Assembly: GCF_037042905.1 (NCBI RefSeq)
Contig: NC_087252.1
Location: 8,372,001 to 8,436,000 of the forward strand
Source of the DNA: Lytechinus pictus
Lineage: Eukaryota
Length of the DNA stretch: 64,000 nt
Direction: 5' to 3'
Shown piece after piece: positions 13,531-26,025 of the stretch (the stretch's first letter is position 1; each line of letters opens with the position of its first letter). The translations under genes and the position numbers were made by a program. The notes under the pieces are model-generated. The model had not been told where the DNA came from, made no database searches, and was given only the letters and a program-made list of their open reading frames with translations.

Positions 13531-14684
13531 ACGAACAAAAATAATTGCCCTATATATACATGTACGCGTAATGGGCACATAAACAAGTTTAGTTGACATG
13601 TAATAAAAGAAAGGAAGAAGATGACAAAAATATTATTTAGATGTAGGGTTTTAGAGGCGCAAATATTTTTTGACGTCAGTGAGGTTGTTTCAAACAGACA
13701 AAAATATTAAAACTGATTTTTACGTGTATGCCTATGAAAACCGCTAGCGGCGAGTGCCCAGTGTGCTCCATCTGAAGAAACCGAGCTTTCTCTGCATTTA
13801 CTTTTACGCACGACAGAGCAAGTTCATTATTTGTTTTATAAAATAGCAACACAGAAACAAATTTAAAAAAAAGTTACAGTACAGTTTTGTTGGACTTCTA
13901 CCGCACTGGTTTGCTTGAGCGTGCAATGTCAATTTTCGTGTGTATTGGACGCGTAATTGTGACGCGTATTGGCCAATCGCGATGCTTGAAATAATACACC
14001 TATTTTATAACGTTGGATACTGCGTCCCTAGGCCAGGGACGCGTCATTTCAATTACGTCACAATGGTAAAGTTCAAAGGCCCAGTCTTCTCAACATGACA
14101 AACTAGATTCTCATTCTTAAACTTTAAAATATCTAAATTTGAACGCTCTTTGCTCTAGATGTCTGATTTGGTTATTAATAGCAATATTGATTGCCCTGGG
14201 GGCGAAAGGACATATATCGCCCTCACTATATTGATATCACCCTCGTCTACGACTCAGCCGATACAAATCTAGTTTGGGCGATATATGTCGTATCGCCCCG
14301 AGGCCAGTCAATATTGCTTAAATATTGGATGAAATTAATATTTTGCCCGCCCACAAGATTAAAATTGGTTATAATGAATGATTGTGCGCATGAAGCAATT
14401 GTTACGTCACAATGAAATGCATTGCGCATATTTATAGAATTCAAATGCGCTTGCACTATACGCTAGCGCATCTTTTCAGAGATATTTTTTAAATGACAAT
14501 ACTCAGTCGCCATGCTCATGATTTACAGGATTGACATAAAATGAGTAAAAACATTTTTTTTGCGTCATTAATTCATGTTTAGCTTTGTGGGGGTATCTAA
14601 ACAATAATAATAATAATAATAATAGTTCGATGACCAATTTTCGTGGGATGCGTAGAAATGATTGTCACTCGCTGAAGAACAATA

Positions 14685-15094
14685 GCGCGTTTTCGCCCAG
14701 CGTCGTACGACGCTATCTACGACGTAGAACGATCTCTTGGTTCGTGCGTCCGTCGCGCTCAACTCTCGCTTGTAAGCAGTTTCGCAAATCGCTGAACGCG
14801 GCCGGATCGACCGGAAGTACGTAGACTGCATGACGTCACCACTACTAGGGAAAATCCCGCGCCCGCGCTCTATGAACTGGCTGTCGGCTCAGCTTGCTCG
14901 CTCTACAAGCGATCTGATTGGCTGTTGACGGCTGTTGACAAATCCTACGTTCTAATGCGGACGCCCGCTAATTTGCGGAAGAACCGTCCGTGATTTGAGC
15001 TCAAGAACGCTCGGGCCTCTGTTTCCATGGAAGTTGGCGATTTTTGCACACGACCCTTACGTTCTACGTCGTACGACGCTGGGCGAAAACGCGC
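14685..15094. mobile_element. GC-rich MITE, flanked by TA
   Basis: TIRs gcgcgttttcgcccagcgtcgtacgacg / cgtcgtacgacgctgggcgaaaacgcgc, with ta on both sides. Confidence 0.85.
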
Positions 15095-15331
15095 TAGTAT
15101 TGGATTCGTCTCCGACTCATCCAATATGGTTCCCCAGCTCGTAAAATATTTTTATGCATCCCATCCAAGGCCATCCAATATTCCCTATAGCAGTAAGGGT
15201 AATACGACGTGACAGAGGTATAAAAGAACACCAGAAAAAAGGGGGAAAAGATTGGCTGACTCTGCTGAATATCCAGTTAGACAAAATACAAGATTAATAG
15301 ATAAACTTAGAAGATACACATTATCCTCTAT

Positions 15332-15520
15332 GGCCCGAATTCTCAAAGGGTGGCTAACTTAGCCCGTGCTAACTTAGCCCACTGGGCTAACTATCCCCCG
15401 TGGGCTAATTTAGCCCACCGAGCATTTCTCAAAGCGTGGGCTAGTTAGCACCCCCGGCTAACTTAGCCCATCGGGCTAAATATTTAGCACGGGGTGCTAA
15501 ATATTTAGCACGGGGCAGGC
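15332..15520. mobile_element. Terminal fragment of a TIR element with reiterated subterminal (t)tagccc/gggcta motifs
   Basis: Starts ggcccgaattctcaaag, followed by repeated gctaacttagccc motifs in both orientations. No partner end seen. Confidence 0.5.
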
Positions 15521-15575
15521 CGTTTCTCCATCCCTGCTGTGGCCCGATTTCTGCATTAGGAATTTGCACCGTAGT

Positions 15576-15702
15576 CAGTAGCGTACCTAGGATTTTCCAC
15601 AGGGGGGGGGGGGGGGGGGGGCAAGACCGTCCGCGGATACGTCCTTTGCATGGGTTGGGACTCGTCAGGGGGCAGACTGCCCCCCCCGTAGGTATGCTAG
15701 TG
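15576..15702. mobile_element. 127-bp hAT-like mini-MITE
   Basis: TIRs cagtagcgtaccta / taggtatgctagtg. Perfect 8-bp TSD accgtagt at 15568-15575 and 15703-15710. Confidence 0.85.
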
Positions 15703-15739
15703 ACCGTAGTGTTCCAGACCGTAGGAGATTAAGACATAG

Positions 15740-18730
15740 CAAGATTGGCCATTCCTCATTCAGACCTTGGGGAGTGGTCCATAGGACAGTTTGTGTGTCA
15801 CAGACAGGATTCGTTAGACCATAGAGTGGCTCTTTGATTGTGAGCAGAGGCATCAAAAGATTCAGTCGATAGAAGGAAGCTACGTTTTGATTAGAGTCTT
15901 TTATGTTTGACAGGTTCGTGGTTAAAGAGTGGATAATGGGGGTTAGCTTCTTGCTTGTTGCTTTTTTCGGCCTGAGCTGACACCTCTCTTCTGATGTGTG
16001 AATGGGCAATACCATACAGTAGGTAAAGATCATCTAATCTTGTTGGTCGTAGACAGCCAGTAATTGCTCTGCAAGAAGCATTCAGGGCTGACCTACATCA
16101 AACAGGGGCTGTATACTCATTCGAGTAGCGTAGAGCAAGAGCTGTCATACTGGTGGTCTTGGCCTCTATTCCCCATTTTGTGTTAGCAAGCTTCTTCATG
16201 ATGCTGTTCCTTGCTCCAACTTTAGCCTTTGTCTTGGCATCAAGTTCTTTGTATGTAAGGGAAACGTCTAGAGTGACGCCGAGGTAGATTGGCCTGCTAG
16301 TGTGTTCCAACAATTTTTCATACCAACTGACCCTCAATTGCCGGTCTGCATCTCTGTTGTTAAGGTGGAAACGCCGAGTTGTTTTTTTTTAATTCTGGAT
16401 TTGCCAGGAGATAATATGCAGCATAGTAAGGAGTAGGGCCTACCAGATCATCGCTGTCAAACAGCCAATGGAGTGAAACAAATCCAAAATGTTTGATATG
16501 CTTACAGAGAACATCATCCAATCCAGCAGCCTTGTTCTTCACCGCTTTGATAGCGTAGTTCATGTCGATGTCGTTCACACTGAAATGTCTTGGTAATTCA
16601 GATAACTCTTGAGAGGCTCTTCCTCCACCTTTAGGGAAGTTGAATATTGCTGGCAATGAATAGGGTTACATTAACTGTTCACAAGCAACTGATGGGCCAC
16701 TTGGTCGGCAGAAACTTGGGGCCTAGGTTGAGACTTCGTATTGTCGTTTCCAAGGATCCGAATTGTTTTCGAGGCTTTCCTGCTGCTGTAAGTCATATGT
16801 GTTGATTCAATGAAATCTTGCCTTTTTTTTTTTTTTTTACTATCCATGATGGCAGTAGTCAAGTTTCCCCCACATTCAAGTGTATCGGCGCGAAAGGGAT
16901 CATTCTCAAAGAGCCTGGCATATTCATTGTACAACAGCTAAGAGTCATCCGTCAAGCCCGGAGTTTTGCTTGTACGGCATCCTCGCGGAATATTCTTCCT
17001 TGAATATTTTTTCAGCATTTTTACAAAAGGTGTCGTAATAATGGTAATAAGCAGGGAGTGCAGGGAGGTCCTGAATATATTATCCAGATCTACGACAAAC
17101 TGCTCCCAGTTTCGTTTTTTTCAGGTTGAAATGTTTGCAGAAGGGGACTTTGCGAGGAGTAAGGGCTGCATCCTTCTTCAGTTCAATTCGGTTTATTATG
17201 AAAGACATTGTAAAAGCAGTCCGGCGACTGATACATACAAAGTTAACAAAAAATAGAGAAATACATGAAAGGAATATAATACGAATTAACACAAAAATCG
17301 AATAAGAACAAAAGGATAAGATTGGAAATTGCACCTGAGGTCCATACACATTACATAAACATCATTATGGAGGGGGATTATGCTACAAAAAGAGTGAGAA
17401 TAAAATGACCGAAAAAATACAAAAATCAGGGGGGGGGGGTGTTTATTGTTTGCATTGTTAATTGGAAAAAAGTGAAATAGCAGACATTTCTGAGCCTTAA
17501 TAAAAAAAAAACATAACAAGAAAACGGTCAAGATTAAATGACGGAGATTGGAATTGCAGCATGTTGTGAGTCAGCAATCTGTGACAGCCACCACACCCGA
17601 CCAAACACTCGGGTCAGAACGATGAAAAAACTGTACCATTTCATTGATCTGGCTCGAGTGCTTAGTCGAGTGCAATCTACTGTCAAAGAAAGCTGGCTGG
17701 TATTGCAAACTATAACATTCAAAAGAAAATATATAAAATTGAAATTGAAAAAAAGATCAAAAGAAACCATGATTTTTTTAAATTCGGTCGATTTCGAGTG
17801 CGTTGGTTAGGGTCCCGCACAATCTTAATCTCACAGTTTGAAACAAAACTAGATCAGGGTTGTAACCACGTCTCTACCTGCAGCTGTTGAAGGAGGAGGG
17901 AAGTTCCGCATTATGAATGAGCGACATTTTATTTGTATCTGATCAGGGCATCTCCACAAGTTGCATCTCCTTTTATTTCTCTATATACACAGATGATGAT
18001 GTGACTGAAATCCCTAATAGTCACATTTACTCGGCCACCTTTAGCGTCTCGAGGTAGGAAGAATGTTTGGTTAGGAGCTTTATAGACAGAACTTACAAAC
18101 TTCAATAATGTCTGAACCTGAAGTAGTTCATATTTACCAACAATCAGCCCGCTGCGTGAAAATAGCGCACTACCGTACTCATGTGGTATTTCTGCGATGA
18201 GGATCATACTACTACCAGTGATGCGTAGATGGAAACATGTAGGCCCACAATGTGTCTAGTGCAGAGGGATGTCACAATTTGTTCTTTACACACAGTTCAG
18301 CCAGAAGATCTTGCTTGGTGTCTGTGAGACATTCAGTGTTAGATGAGACCATGGGCGGAAATCTGTCCCCAAAGGTAGGGGAGACCACAGGCTAAAATCT
18401 TTGATAAGCGAAAAAAAAGTCACCCAAAATTTCAGGTAATTTTTACCCATCCCCCCTTCAAAAAAAAATATTGACAAGCAAACAAAAATATTTTTTCAAC
18501 CAAAATGTAAGGTCATTTACTCCAAAATACATGTATTATTTCGATTTTGAATGATTTATTTTTCTCCATCATAAAAGACCAAAAGTAGTAAGGGGACACT
18601 TGACATTGTGTCCCCCTAATATTTTGGTAGGGGGACGCGTCCCCCCTGTCCCCCTGGAATTTCCGCCCATGGATGAGAAGATACTCAGGGCCGGTCCTGA
18701 AAAGGACCAGTGTTTATGACACTAGTGCTC
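15740..18730 (-). mobile_element. Degraded Ingi/Vingi-like LINE; RT core deleted; interrupted by insertions
   Basis: Minus-strand motifs in order: SFSGPAL (~18700), KQDLLAEL, CDI..THCGP, AEIPHEYGSALF, SVYKAPN (APE endonuclease), FNLKK, KAAGLDD, then YLGVTLD...ARNSIMKKLANTKWG...ALAL.YS.EY.APV. No YADD region is present. Clade assignment is from remembered motifs. Confidence 0.75.
18350..18671. mobile_element. hAT-like MITE inserted in the Vingi-like ORF
   Basis: TIRs catgggcggaaat / atttccgcccatg. 8-bp TSD gatgagac / gatgagaa, one mismatch. Confidence 0.85.
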
Positions 18731-18949
18731 ATCAGCAGATTGGTCACTGGAAACCGTGATGACTTTTTAGAGTGGTAATTCACTAGTACTCGAAGGTGTT
18801 TAGTGTGGTAGAAGGATTCGCAGGATGAAATTCCTGACAGTGACCACGAGCTTGGCAAGCTTTAATTTACGTAATAGTAAGCACATGCAAATAATCAAAA
18901 GTGATCAAGAGACTGGTTCAGTGTAGTAGGTTTCACGGTACACCATGTA

Positions 18950-18991
18950 TCTCGACGTTTCGACAAGTGTGTTCTTGTCGTCCTCAGGAGA
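18950..18991 (-). ncRNA. Minimal type I hammerhead ribozyme motif in a Penelope-type pseudo-LTR relic
   Basis: Minus strand reads tctc-CTGAGGA-c-gacaag-aacaca-cttgtc-GAAA-cgtc-gaga: intact core, perfect 6-bp stem II, 4-bp stem I. Confidence 0.8.
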
Positions 18992-20442
18992 ATGAGCAAA
19001 GTTTGTACAAAGCAGGCCTTATATACTCTGTCGAAATGCCGTATGCACGGTATCTCGCAGGGTACATATCTCTGATTGGCTGGATAAGTCACATGACATC
19101 CACATGTGCGGACGTGGGTGACAACACACAAAATTGGGCGCGCAAAACCAGCGATGACCGGAAATGCCGTCAGTTATCATTCCCGCTAGGATTAGCATGA
19201 ATGACAAAAGTCACCACTTCCGCCCACGCACTGCAGTGCTCACACGTGTGTGGAACGTCCGGGCAGGCTAATTAGGCAAATTAGCCTCTTTGTCTAGAAC
19301 GGTAAGCCAGATATTGCTGACTGGTTCAATCAAAGAGAGGCTATAACCTCTCATATGGTTTCTGAATCCAAAGTCACAAAACGGCAAAAGAAAGACCAAT
19401 GAAAATGAAATGGGATTAAACAAACTTCCCGATTCATTACCCAAGTCCTTCATGGGCATGTTTAAGCGAATGGCTTAATCACAAAGAAGTTACTGGAAGT
19501 TAGCATAAAGTGTGTTAATGAATGGAAACAATAACCCAACCACACACAAATCCCTGGGGGTGTAGTAGGCGGGGGAGGGGGGGGGGGGGCAATCTGAACA
19601 AAGTGCGTATCTGTATGTGGCTGTGTGAGATAATAATATTTGAAATTTATAAAGCGCATAATAGTCACAAGACTCTCTATACGCTTTACGAAATATTGAA
19701 TTATACATTAATACCAAATCGTAATTATCGATTAAACCTAAACCTTAAACAAAATACACGGAGGACAACAACCAAAAAAAGAGTAATATATACCCTCTAG
19801 GTTTTTATCTTCTAGAAAGCTTATTGTGTACATTATATGATCTACCTATTGTTTTCTCCTATTGTCGATGGATGTATCCCTTGTTTCAGAATTAGGCTTT
19901 TGCCAATTCAATTCAATTCAATTAATTTTATTCAATCATTTAAAAAATCGAATTACAAACCAAAATATATCCAAAATCATACTTGAATGTACAGTATAGA
20001 TTAAATGATTAGGATGCCCCTAAAAGCAAAAGCTTGATGAGTGGGACACCCAATACATACATATATATATATATATATATAATTTTAAGATCATGTCTGC
20101 CATTTAAGCCACAGAATATGCCCTTGATGGTTATTCACTCATCTTATATCTAACATCCTCTTTTCGTCTGAGTGTGTTCTGTCAAACGTCAAACATCAGA
20201 CTTAAGCTTGTCTGCGGGTCCTGAAGTCTCTTAATGTCATGAATGTTGTCTGTATATCTGCGTACAAAAAAAAAACACGTGTATTACGGAAACTTTCATC
20301 ATTTTGGAATGATAGAGGTGAAAGAATCACTGTGGATCAAAAAAGGATTAATCAAGTACTAAACAGAGACTCTGCATGGATATACAGTGCGTCCCACAAA
20401 AAACGAAACCGAGATTTATCGATGATTTATCACATAACTTAA

Positions 20443-21025
20443 AGGAGAATGAAACCCTTGAAACTAGCTGAATCCATATCAAAGAGAAAAATCAAAGAAA
20501 CATATTGTTGAAAGTTTGAGGAAGATTGAATGAATAATAAGAAAGTTATGAGCATTTGAATATTGAGATCACTAGTGCCATGTAGATCCTCCCATCGGCA
20601 ATGCGACCAAGATCTGTGATATCACACACGTACAACTCCCTCATTACTTTAGTACTTATTTCACTTATATTCTCACTTTTATAGAATCTATCACAAGGTT
20701 AGGTGTTTTCTTTATGAGATGACAAGTACAGAGGTTTCACAACATTATATCGTTGATGAATCGTTTGTCATATGATTAGAATGAGCAAAAAGAGATGTTT
20801 TGGGGTATATTTTCAGTGTCCGAATGGGAGAGTTGTACGTGTGTGACATCACAGATCTTGGTCGCATTGCCAATGGGATGATCTCCATAGCATTAGTGAT
20901 CTCGACATTCAAATGCTCATAACTCTTTTATTGCTAGTCCTATTTTACTCAAAGTTTTGTTGATCTTATTCTTTGATTTTTCTGCTTTCACAAAAGCTAA
21001 CTTGCTCCAAGAGTTTCATTCTCCT
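20443..21025. mobile_element. Kolobok/T2-type MITE, largely palindromic
   Basis: ttaa|aggagaatgaaac ... gtttcattctcct|ttaa, with ~200-bp imperfect inverted arms. It lies inside a truncated cagtgcgt-type element starting ~20384. Confidence 0.88.
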
Positions 21026-21109
21026 TTAATCACAAATACAATAGATAAATGAATAATAAAAAAATTTATCCTCCCTCAAACTTGAGTTGCGTTATTTTTT
21101 TGGAGGGGT

Positions 21110-22930
21110 TTATATGAATGCATTAGTATAGGGTTTTAGTTTTTAGTTTTAAATAACCGGGTCTGGAGAAAAGACTACGCTTGATTCTCAATTTACTCTT
21201 AGTGTTTTTATTTATACGCGCCGTATAAATAAAAACATCAACAAACACATTTATTCCACCAGTTTAATTAACTGGGCCTGGAGAAAAGACTAAGCTCGAT
21301 TCTCATTTTTATTCCACTGGAATATCATTATCGTATCTTAGTTTGGAATTATATTATAATTTTTGAAACAACCGGGTCTGGAAAAAAGACTTTGGACTTA
21401 TATTATTTTAAACAACCGGGTATGGAAAAAAGACTGGACTTTTGTGCTATATGAACGCATTACTTTAGGCGGTGCTGCACCATCCCGAGTTTGCTCAATC
21501 TCGAGATTTTAGCCCGATCGGCCCACTTCGCGATTAATCTTGAGATTCAAGAAACCCCGTCTGCACCATCGCAAGAAGAGCGATTCCTGCTCGAGCGAGG
21601 CAACAAGCCCGATATTACGAGCATGCGCACTTTCGGATCTTGGAGTTTCAACGGCCCGCGCTTTTGAATAACTTCCCGTGATATGCAAGCAATGTACTCC
21701 TTTCACTAGCACTTTCGCCGAATTCGACCGGTGTTATGCAACAATCCTCTCAGCTCAGCGAGTGAAGTGATGTATTCTTCGTTAAATATGATGGCGGAGT
21801 AGGAGGCAACGACAGAGAGAGGGAGAGAAGGAGGAAAGAAATTCTATTTGCTCACATTTTGCGAAGGAATAAGACAACACTGCTGTCAGTGTTGTTATTG
21901 AATATGACCATCGTCGATGAGCGCCTCCCCCTTCGGTCTGGTCTCTCCCAAAATCCATTCACTGGTGGGACACCATCGTTGCTTATGAACGCTATTCGCA
22001 TGTATAAAGTTGACTTTCGCACGTGTTTATGTTTTGACCAAGGCGGAAGTGGAACGCGAATTGCATTATGGACCGACGTCATGAATAAATTACCCCGAGT
22101 CCAATCTCGAGTGCGTCTGCACCGACGAATTAGCGGGATAATTCGTAAAATAGCGCGCTATTTTGCAAATAAACCCGAGTTGACTTGGGATTGCAATCTC
22201 GAGATTAATCCTACGAACTAGCGCGATAATTGCGTCTGCACCGCCAACTATCTCGAGATTTTTCAGATCGGGATAATTTGCCGGATCAGAAATAGCGCGC
22301 TAATTTGAAAACTCGGGATGGTGCAGACGGCCCTATTAGGGTTTTAGTTTTGAGTTTAAAGTAAACGGGTCTGGAGAAAATACTACGCTTGATTCTCAAT
22401 TTACTCTTAGCGCATATATCACAATACGCGCCGTATAAGTTAAAACAACACCAAATACATTTATTCCACCAGTTTTAATTAACTGGGTCTGGAGAAAAGA
22501 CTAAGCTCGATTCTCATTTTTATTTCACTGGAATATCATTATCCTATCTAAGTTTGGACTTATATTATAATTTTCAAAATAACCGGGTCTGGAAAAAGAC
22601 TTTGGACTTATATTATAATGTTTTAAACAACCGGGTCTGGAAAAAAGACTGGACTTATATTATAATTTTTGAAACAACCGGGTCTGGAAAAAAAACTTTG
22701 GCTTAGGATTTTAGTTTAGAACGGATTCGCCAAAAATCCCTTCAAATTTATTACATTTTTGGTTAAAATCATTATTACATTTGTGGGCGATCAAAAATTA
22801 TTACATTTGTGGGTAAAGTGCATTATTACATTTGTGGGTGAAATTATTACATTTGTGGGTAAAAAGCTATTATATTTGTGAGCGTTATTACATTTGTGGG
22901 TAAAGTGTTATTACATTTGTGGGTGTAACA
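21110..22930. mobile_element. Right arm of the TGT..ACA foldback family (partial copy)
   Basis: Same accgggtctggaaaaaagactttggac and ttattacatttgtggg subrepeats and the same terminus gtgggtgtaaca as 48250-49354. Confidence 0.9.
21468..22332. mobile_element. PIF/Harbinger-like MITE nested in the foldback arm
   Basis: TIRs ggcggtgctgcaccatcccgagttt / aaactcgggatggtgcagacggcc, flanked by tta / cta. Internal repeats of ctgcacc and ctcgag. Confidence 0.75.
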
Positions 22931-23591
22931 GAGGGGGGGGGGGGTCAGTCATATTTATTGCTGTACACATGCGTGACCAAATTATTTCCAGACACCCATA
23001 GGCGAGGTTTTTCTCCGTGTGCAAGATAACCTCCTATACAAGTTTTTGCGGGCTACATTTACAAATTTGGGCGCCTAAACAAATTGTCGCCAGAATTAAT
23101 GTGACCCCTACAATAGTTTCACGATCCGTTTTCCCGTTTCTCAAGCCCGTTGCTTACAATTGGGAAGAACCCGAACACGTTTGGTCAGTCTTAATAAAAG
23201 CTTTGGAATAAATTCCCTAAATACATTTGACCCCGTGATTGACCATTCTTTCAAAATCATTTAAAAAAAAATCTGTTTTCGATACCGAGAGCTCGCGCGA
23301 CCTGCGTCTGAAACTGAAAAAAAAAACACATTCCACTTAACACGCGTTTTTTTTTGTTCACGCATGACTGGCCATCCACTCGGGATTACCTTTGTCATTC
23401 TTACCTCTGTCATTTTTGCGTCTGTCATTACCTCTGCCATTTTTACCTCTGCCATTATTGCCTCTGCCATTATTACCTCTGCCATTTTTACCTCTGCCAT
23501 TTTTACCTGGCACCAAATTTTTACCCTTTTCTCTTTATCTTTCTCTTTGCTTTTTCTTGTACTGTATCTACACTGTATTGGTAGAGGTGGG
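22931..23591. mobile_element. G-run-terminal MITE containing a 15-bp minisatellite
   Basis: Begins (g)n-tcagtcatatttattgctgtacacatgcgtgacca, like the CCCGGG MITEs. (ctctgccatt[t/a]tta/gc)n at ~23395-23510. Confidence 0.55.
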
Positions 23592-24489
23592 TGTTTCATA
23601 TTCAACAACTACTATTTGCAGAAAATGTCACCACAAAATGGAATTTAAGACAACACGCAATTACAACGAATAACTTAATTAAATGTCATTATTTCTCACC
23701 TTAGCGTTCCGAAAGGTCGATAGAAACCTGTCGATGTACCTGGCAAGAAAGAAGGGATTGTCTGAATTAAATTCATCATTATCAAACACAATTTTTAGGA
23801 CTTCAAGTAACTTAAGACATTTTCTCGCTTTCTGTTTTTCATTTCCTTTTAAGTCGTGTACGTACGCAAATGAGTGCCCTTTTTGCTTGTCAAATAAATC
23901 TGCTTGATTCAGGAATGAATACCCCTATTTGCATGTTAGTTTTTCTGAACCCCCCTGGAAATCTAAAATTTTTGGATCTGCCCCTGGGTCACGGAGAGGG
24001 TGAAAGTGCCTGCATCACAAAGGTATATCATAGATACTGTCCAGTCTCATGACCCTGGGAAGCGGGCGGTTCTGGGGGATGCTGAAGCACCCCAAGGATT
24101 TCCCCAGGGGGTGCTGCGTGTATTATGTTCCATAGGCAGCACCCACTGGAATTATGGTTGGTGTGTCACATAGGAGAAATGTATGGAAAATGACCAACAT
24201 CTTTTGCAGAAGCCCCTTTTTTGGCTTATCAAATTTCTTGGCACCAAAATGACCTTCATTTTGTAAATAAAGCTTTTTGTGCTTCTCAAATTAACATAGG
24301 CGGATCCAGGGAGATCAAGGGGCCTGGAACTCACTATTGACCGAACAAAAAGGGGGAGGTAAGGCATTTAAAAAAAAAGAAAAATGAGGGAAAAGAGAGG
24401 AGAAAATAATAGGATCGAGAAGAGTGAATAAAATAAGCTGAAGGGACGACTTGGAATATAAAATAAAAAACCTTTTACATGTATGTCAC

Positions 24490-25760
24490 TATATAAAGTT
24501 TTCGCTCGCGCTTCGCATTGCAAGTTTGATGAAACAGTGCTACACGAGATTCTTCCTCAATGGGGTGATATAGAGCTTAAGATATCAAGTTTTGATGTCA
24601 TTATACAAAACATATTTCAGCTCCGACATCGAGCTTTCATTATTTTGTTTGATTATAATTGATTTTCAAAAAGTGTTCTGTAAAATGTCCGTTTTATTGT
24701 CTCAGAATCAACATTTTCAGCTCCCGCTGCGCGCTCGCGTTAATTGATATGTCAGTTATTTATTCTCTTCGTGTATTCCATAAAGTACTTAAAATATACC
24801 TTTTCAGGTTTAATTGTCAAAACCTATCAGCCAGCGCTGCGCGCTAGCATTTTGATTGGTGAGTAATGTATACCTCAATAATTTCCTCTCTAATAATAAT
24901 CAATTCTATAACAAACTACTTATAAAGTCCCCTTTTCATGACATCGCGATTTGCGCTCTCATTAATTTGTTAAAAATATATTAACCCATGCATCCTATTC
25001 ATAATCACAAAAGTGCTTAAAATGTCTAGTTTTCAGGAATTAATATAACAAATGTCGGGCTGACATTAGGCTTATTAGATTAATACAAAAACTAAATTTT
25101 CATGAATTCCTAATAATTAAATTGTACTTTTTCGGAATGGAATATCTCGCGCTTGGGAAGATGAATAGGAGAAAGTCATCATTTTCATGGGATAAGATTG
25201 GTGGTGAGATTGATGGTGATTTTTTTACCTGACTGCTAAGAAAGCATGAATGCTTGTAAGCAAGCAACTAGAGGACCGACGGCTTAAGGTCCTCTCCGAA
25301 GGACCTGGTACTGAGGATTAATGCCTTACCAAAGGGCACTAGCGCACCAAGTGGGAATCGAACCCGGGTCACCGGAATACGAATCCCCTCTCTACCGACT
25401 GAGCTATCGTTCTTAGAAAATGCTTTTAGAATGTCCTGGTCCTACGCCAAGATAAAAAAATATCAGCTTGCGCTTTGCGCTCACATCATTTATAAAGAGC
25501 ATTCCATAATATCCACTTCACAATTTTCCTACACAGTGCTTGAATTAGTGCTTAAATTAACCCTTTTTCAGAAAGGATTATTAAATATTTTCAGCTCGCG
25601 TTTTGCAATCACAAGTCATTATTGATTTTCATGATAGGAATTATATTTAGAATGCCCAGATACTATGTATAACTCTTAAAAACACGCACGCATGTTTATT
25701 TAGATACAAATTTTGTTCTCTAAGTTTCAGACTAAAATGTTCTGATCGCGCTTCGCGCAT
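24490..25760. repeat. Dispersed repeat family with recurring cagctcgcgcttcgcgctcgca modules
   Basis: The motif recurs roughly every 100 bp here and at ~37380-37930, 39070, 44290 and 53040-53340. Confidence 0.65.
25200..25409 (-). mobile_element. tRNA-derived SINE
   Basis: Minus strand: A box tagctcagtcggtagag, B box gggttcgattccc, then gtgccctttggtaaggcatt and core ttcggagaggaccttaagccgtcggtcc, then an (atcacc)-like tail. Confidence 0.88.
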
Positions 25761-26025
25761 ACATTTTTGATTTAGGATACCCTATTATTATTCGTTTTTA
25801 TTTATTTATTAAAACATCTTTATACAGGATAACATGTTCAGATAAAATACGCTGTTTTTCAACATGGTCCTGTTACATTGAAAATATCAAACAACAATGA
25901 AAATGAATACCAATTTAAGTTAAAATAGTGGGTATACTTAATTTACGATAAAAGTTGCACAACAAAAATAGAAAGAGCAGGAAGAGAGAGAAAGAGGTAA
26001 GATAGAGATAGTGTGGTTAAGTATA

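Noticed and set aside
18730..18900. HDV-like ribozyme or 2A peptide at the Vingi-like 5' end
   Set aside because: I could not find the nested double-pseudoknot pairing or an NPGP motif by eye. A structure search would be needed.
21103..21107. gaggg as the left TSD of the partial foldback copy (matching 22931-22935)
   Set aside because: The adjacent sequence is not the TGTTAC terminus, and a 5-bp G-rich match is likely chance.
23261..23673. Repetitive ORFs (KMAEV)n, (CHFYL)n, (LPLP)n
   Set aside because: All are frames of a 15-bp minisatellite inside a MITE.
25335..25409. tRNA gene
   Set aside because: A and B boxes are present, but there is no complete acceptor stem and the sequence continues into a SINE body and tail.
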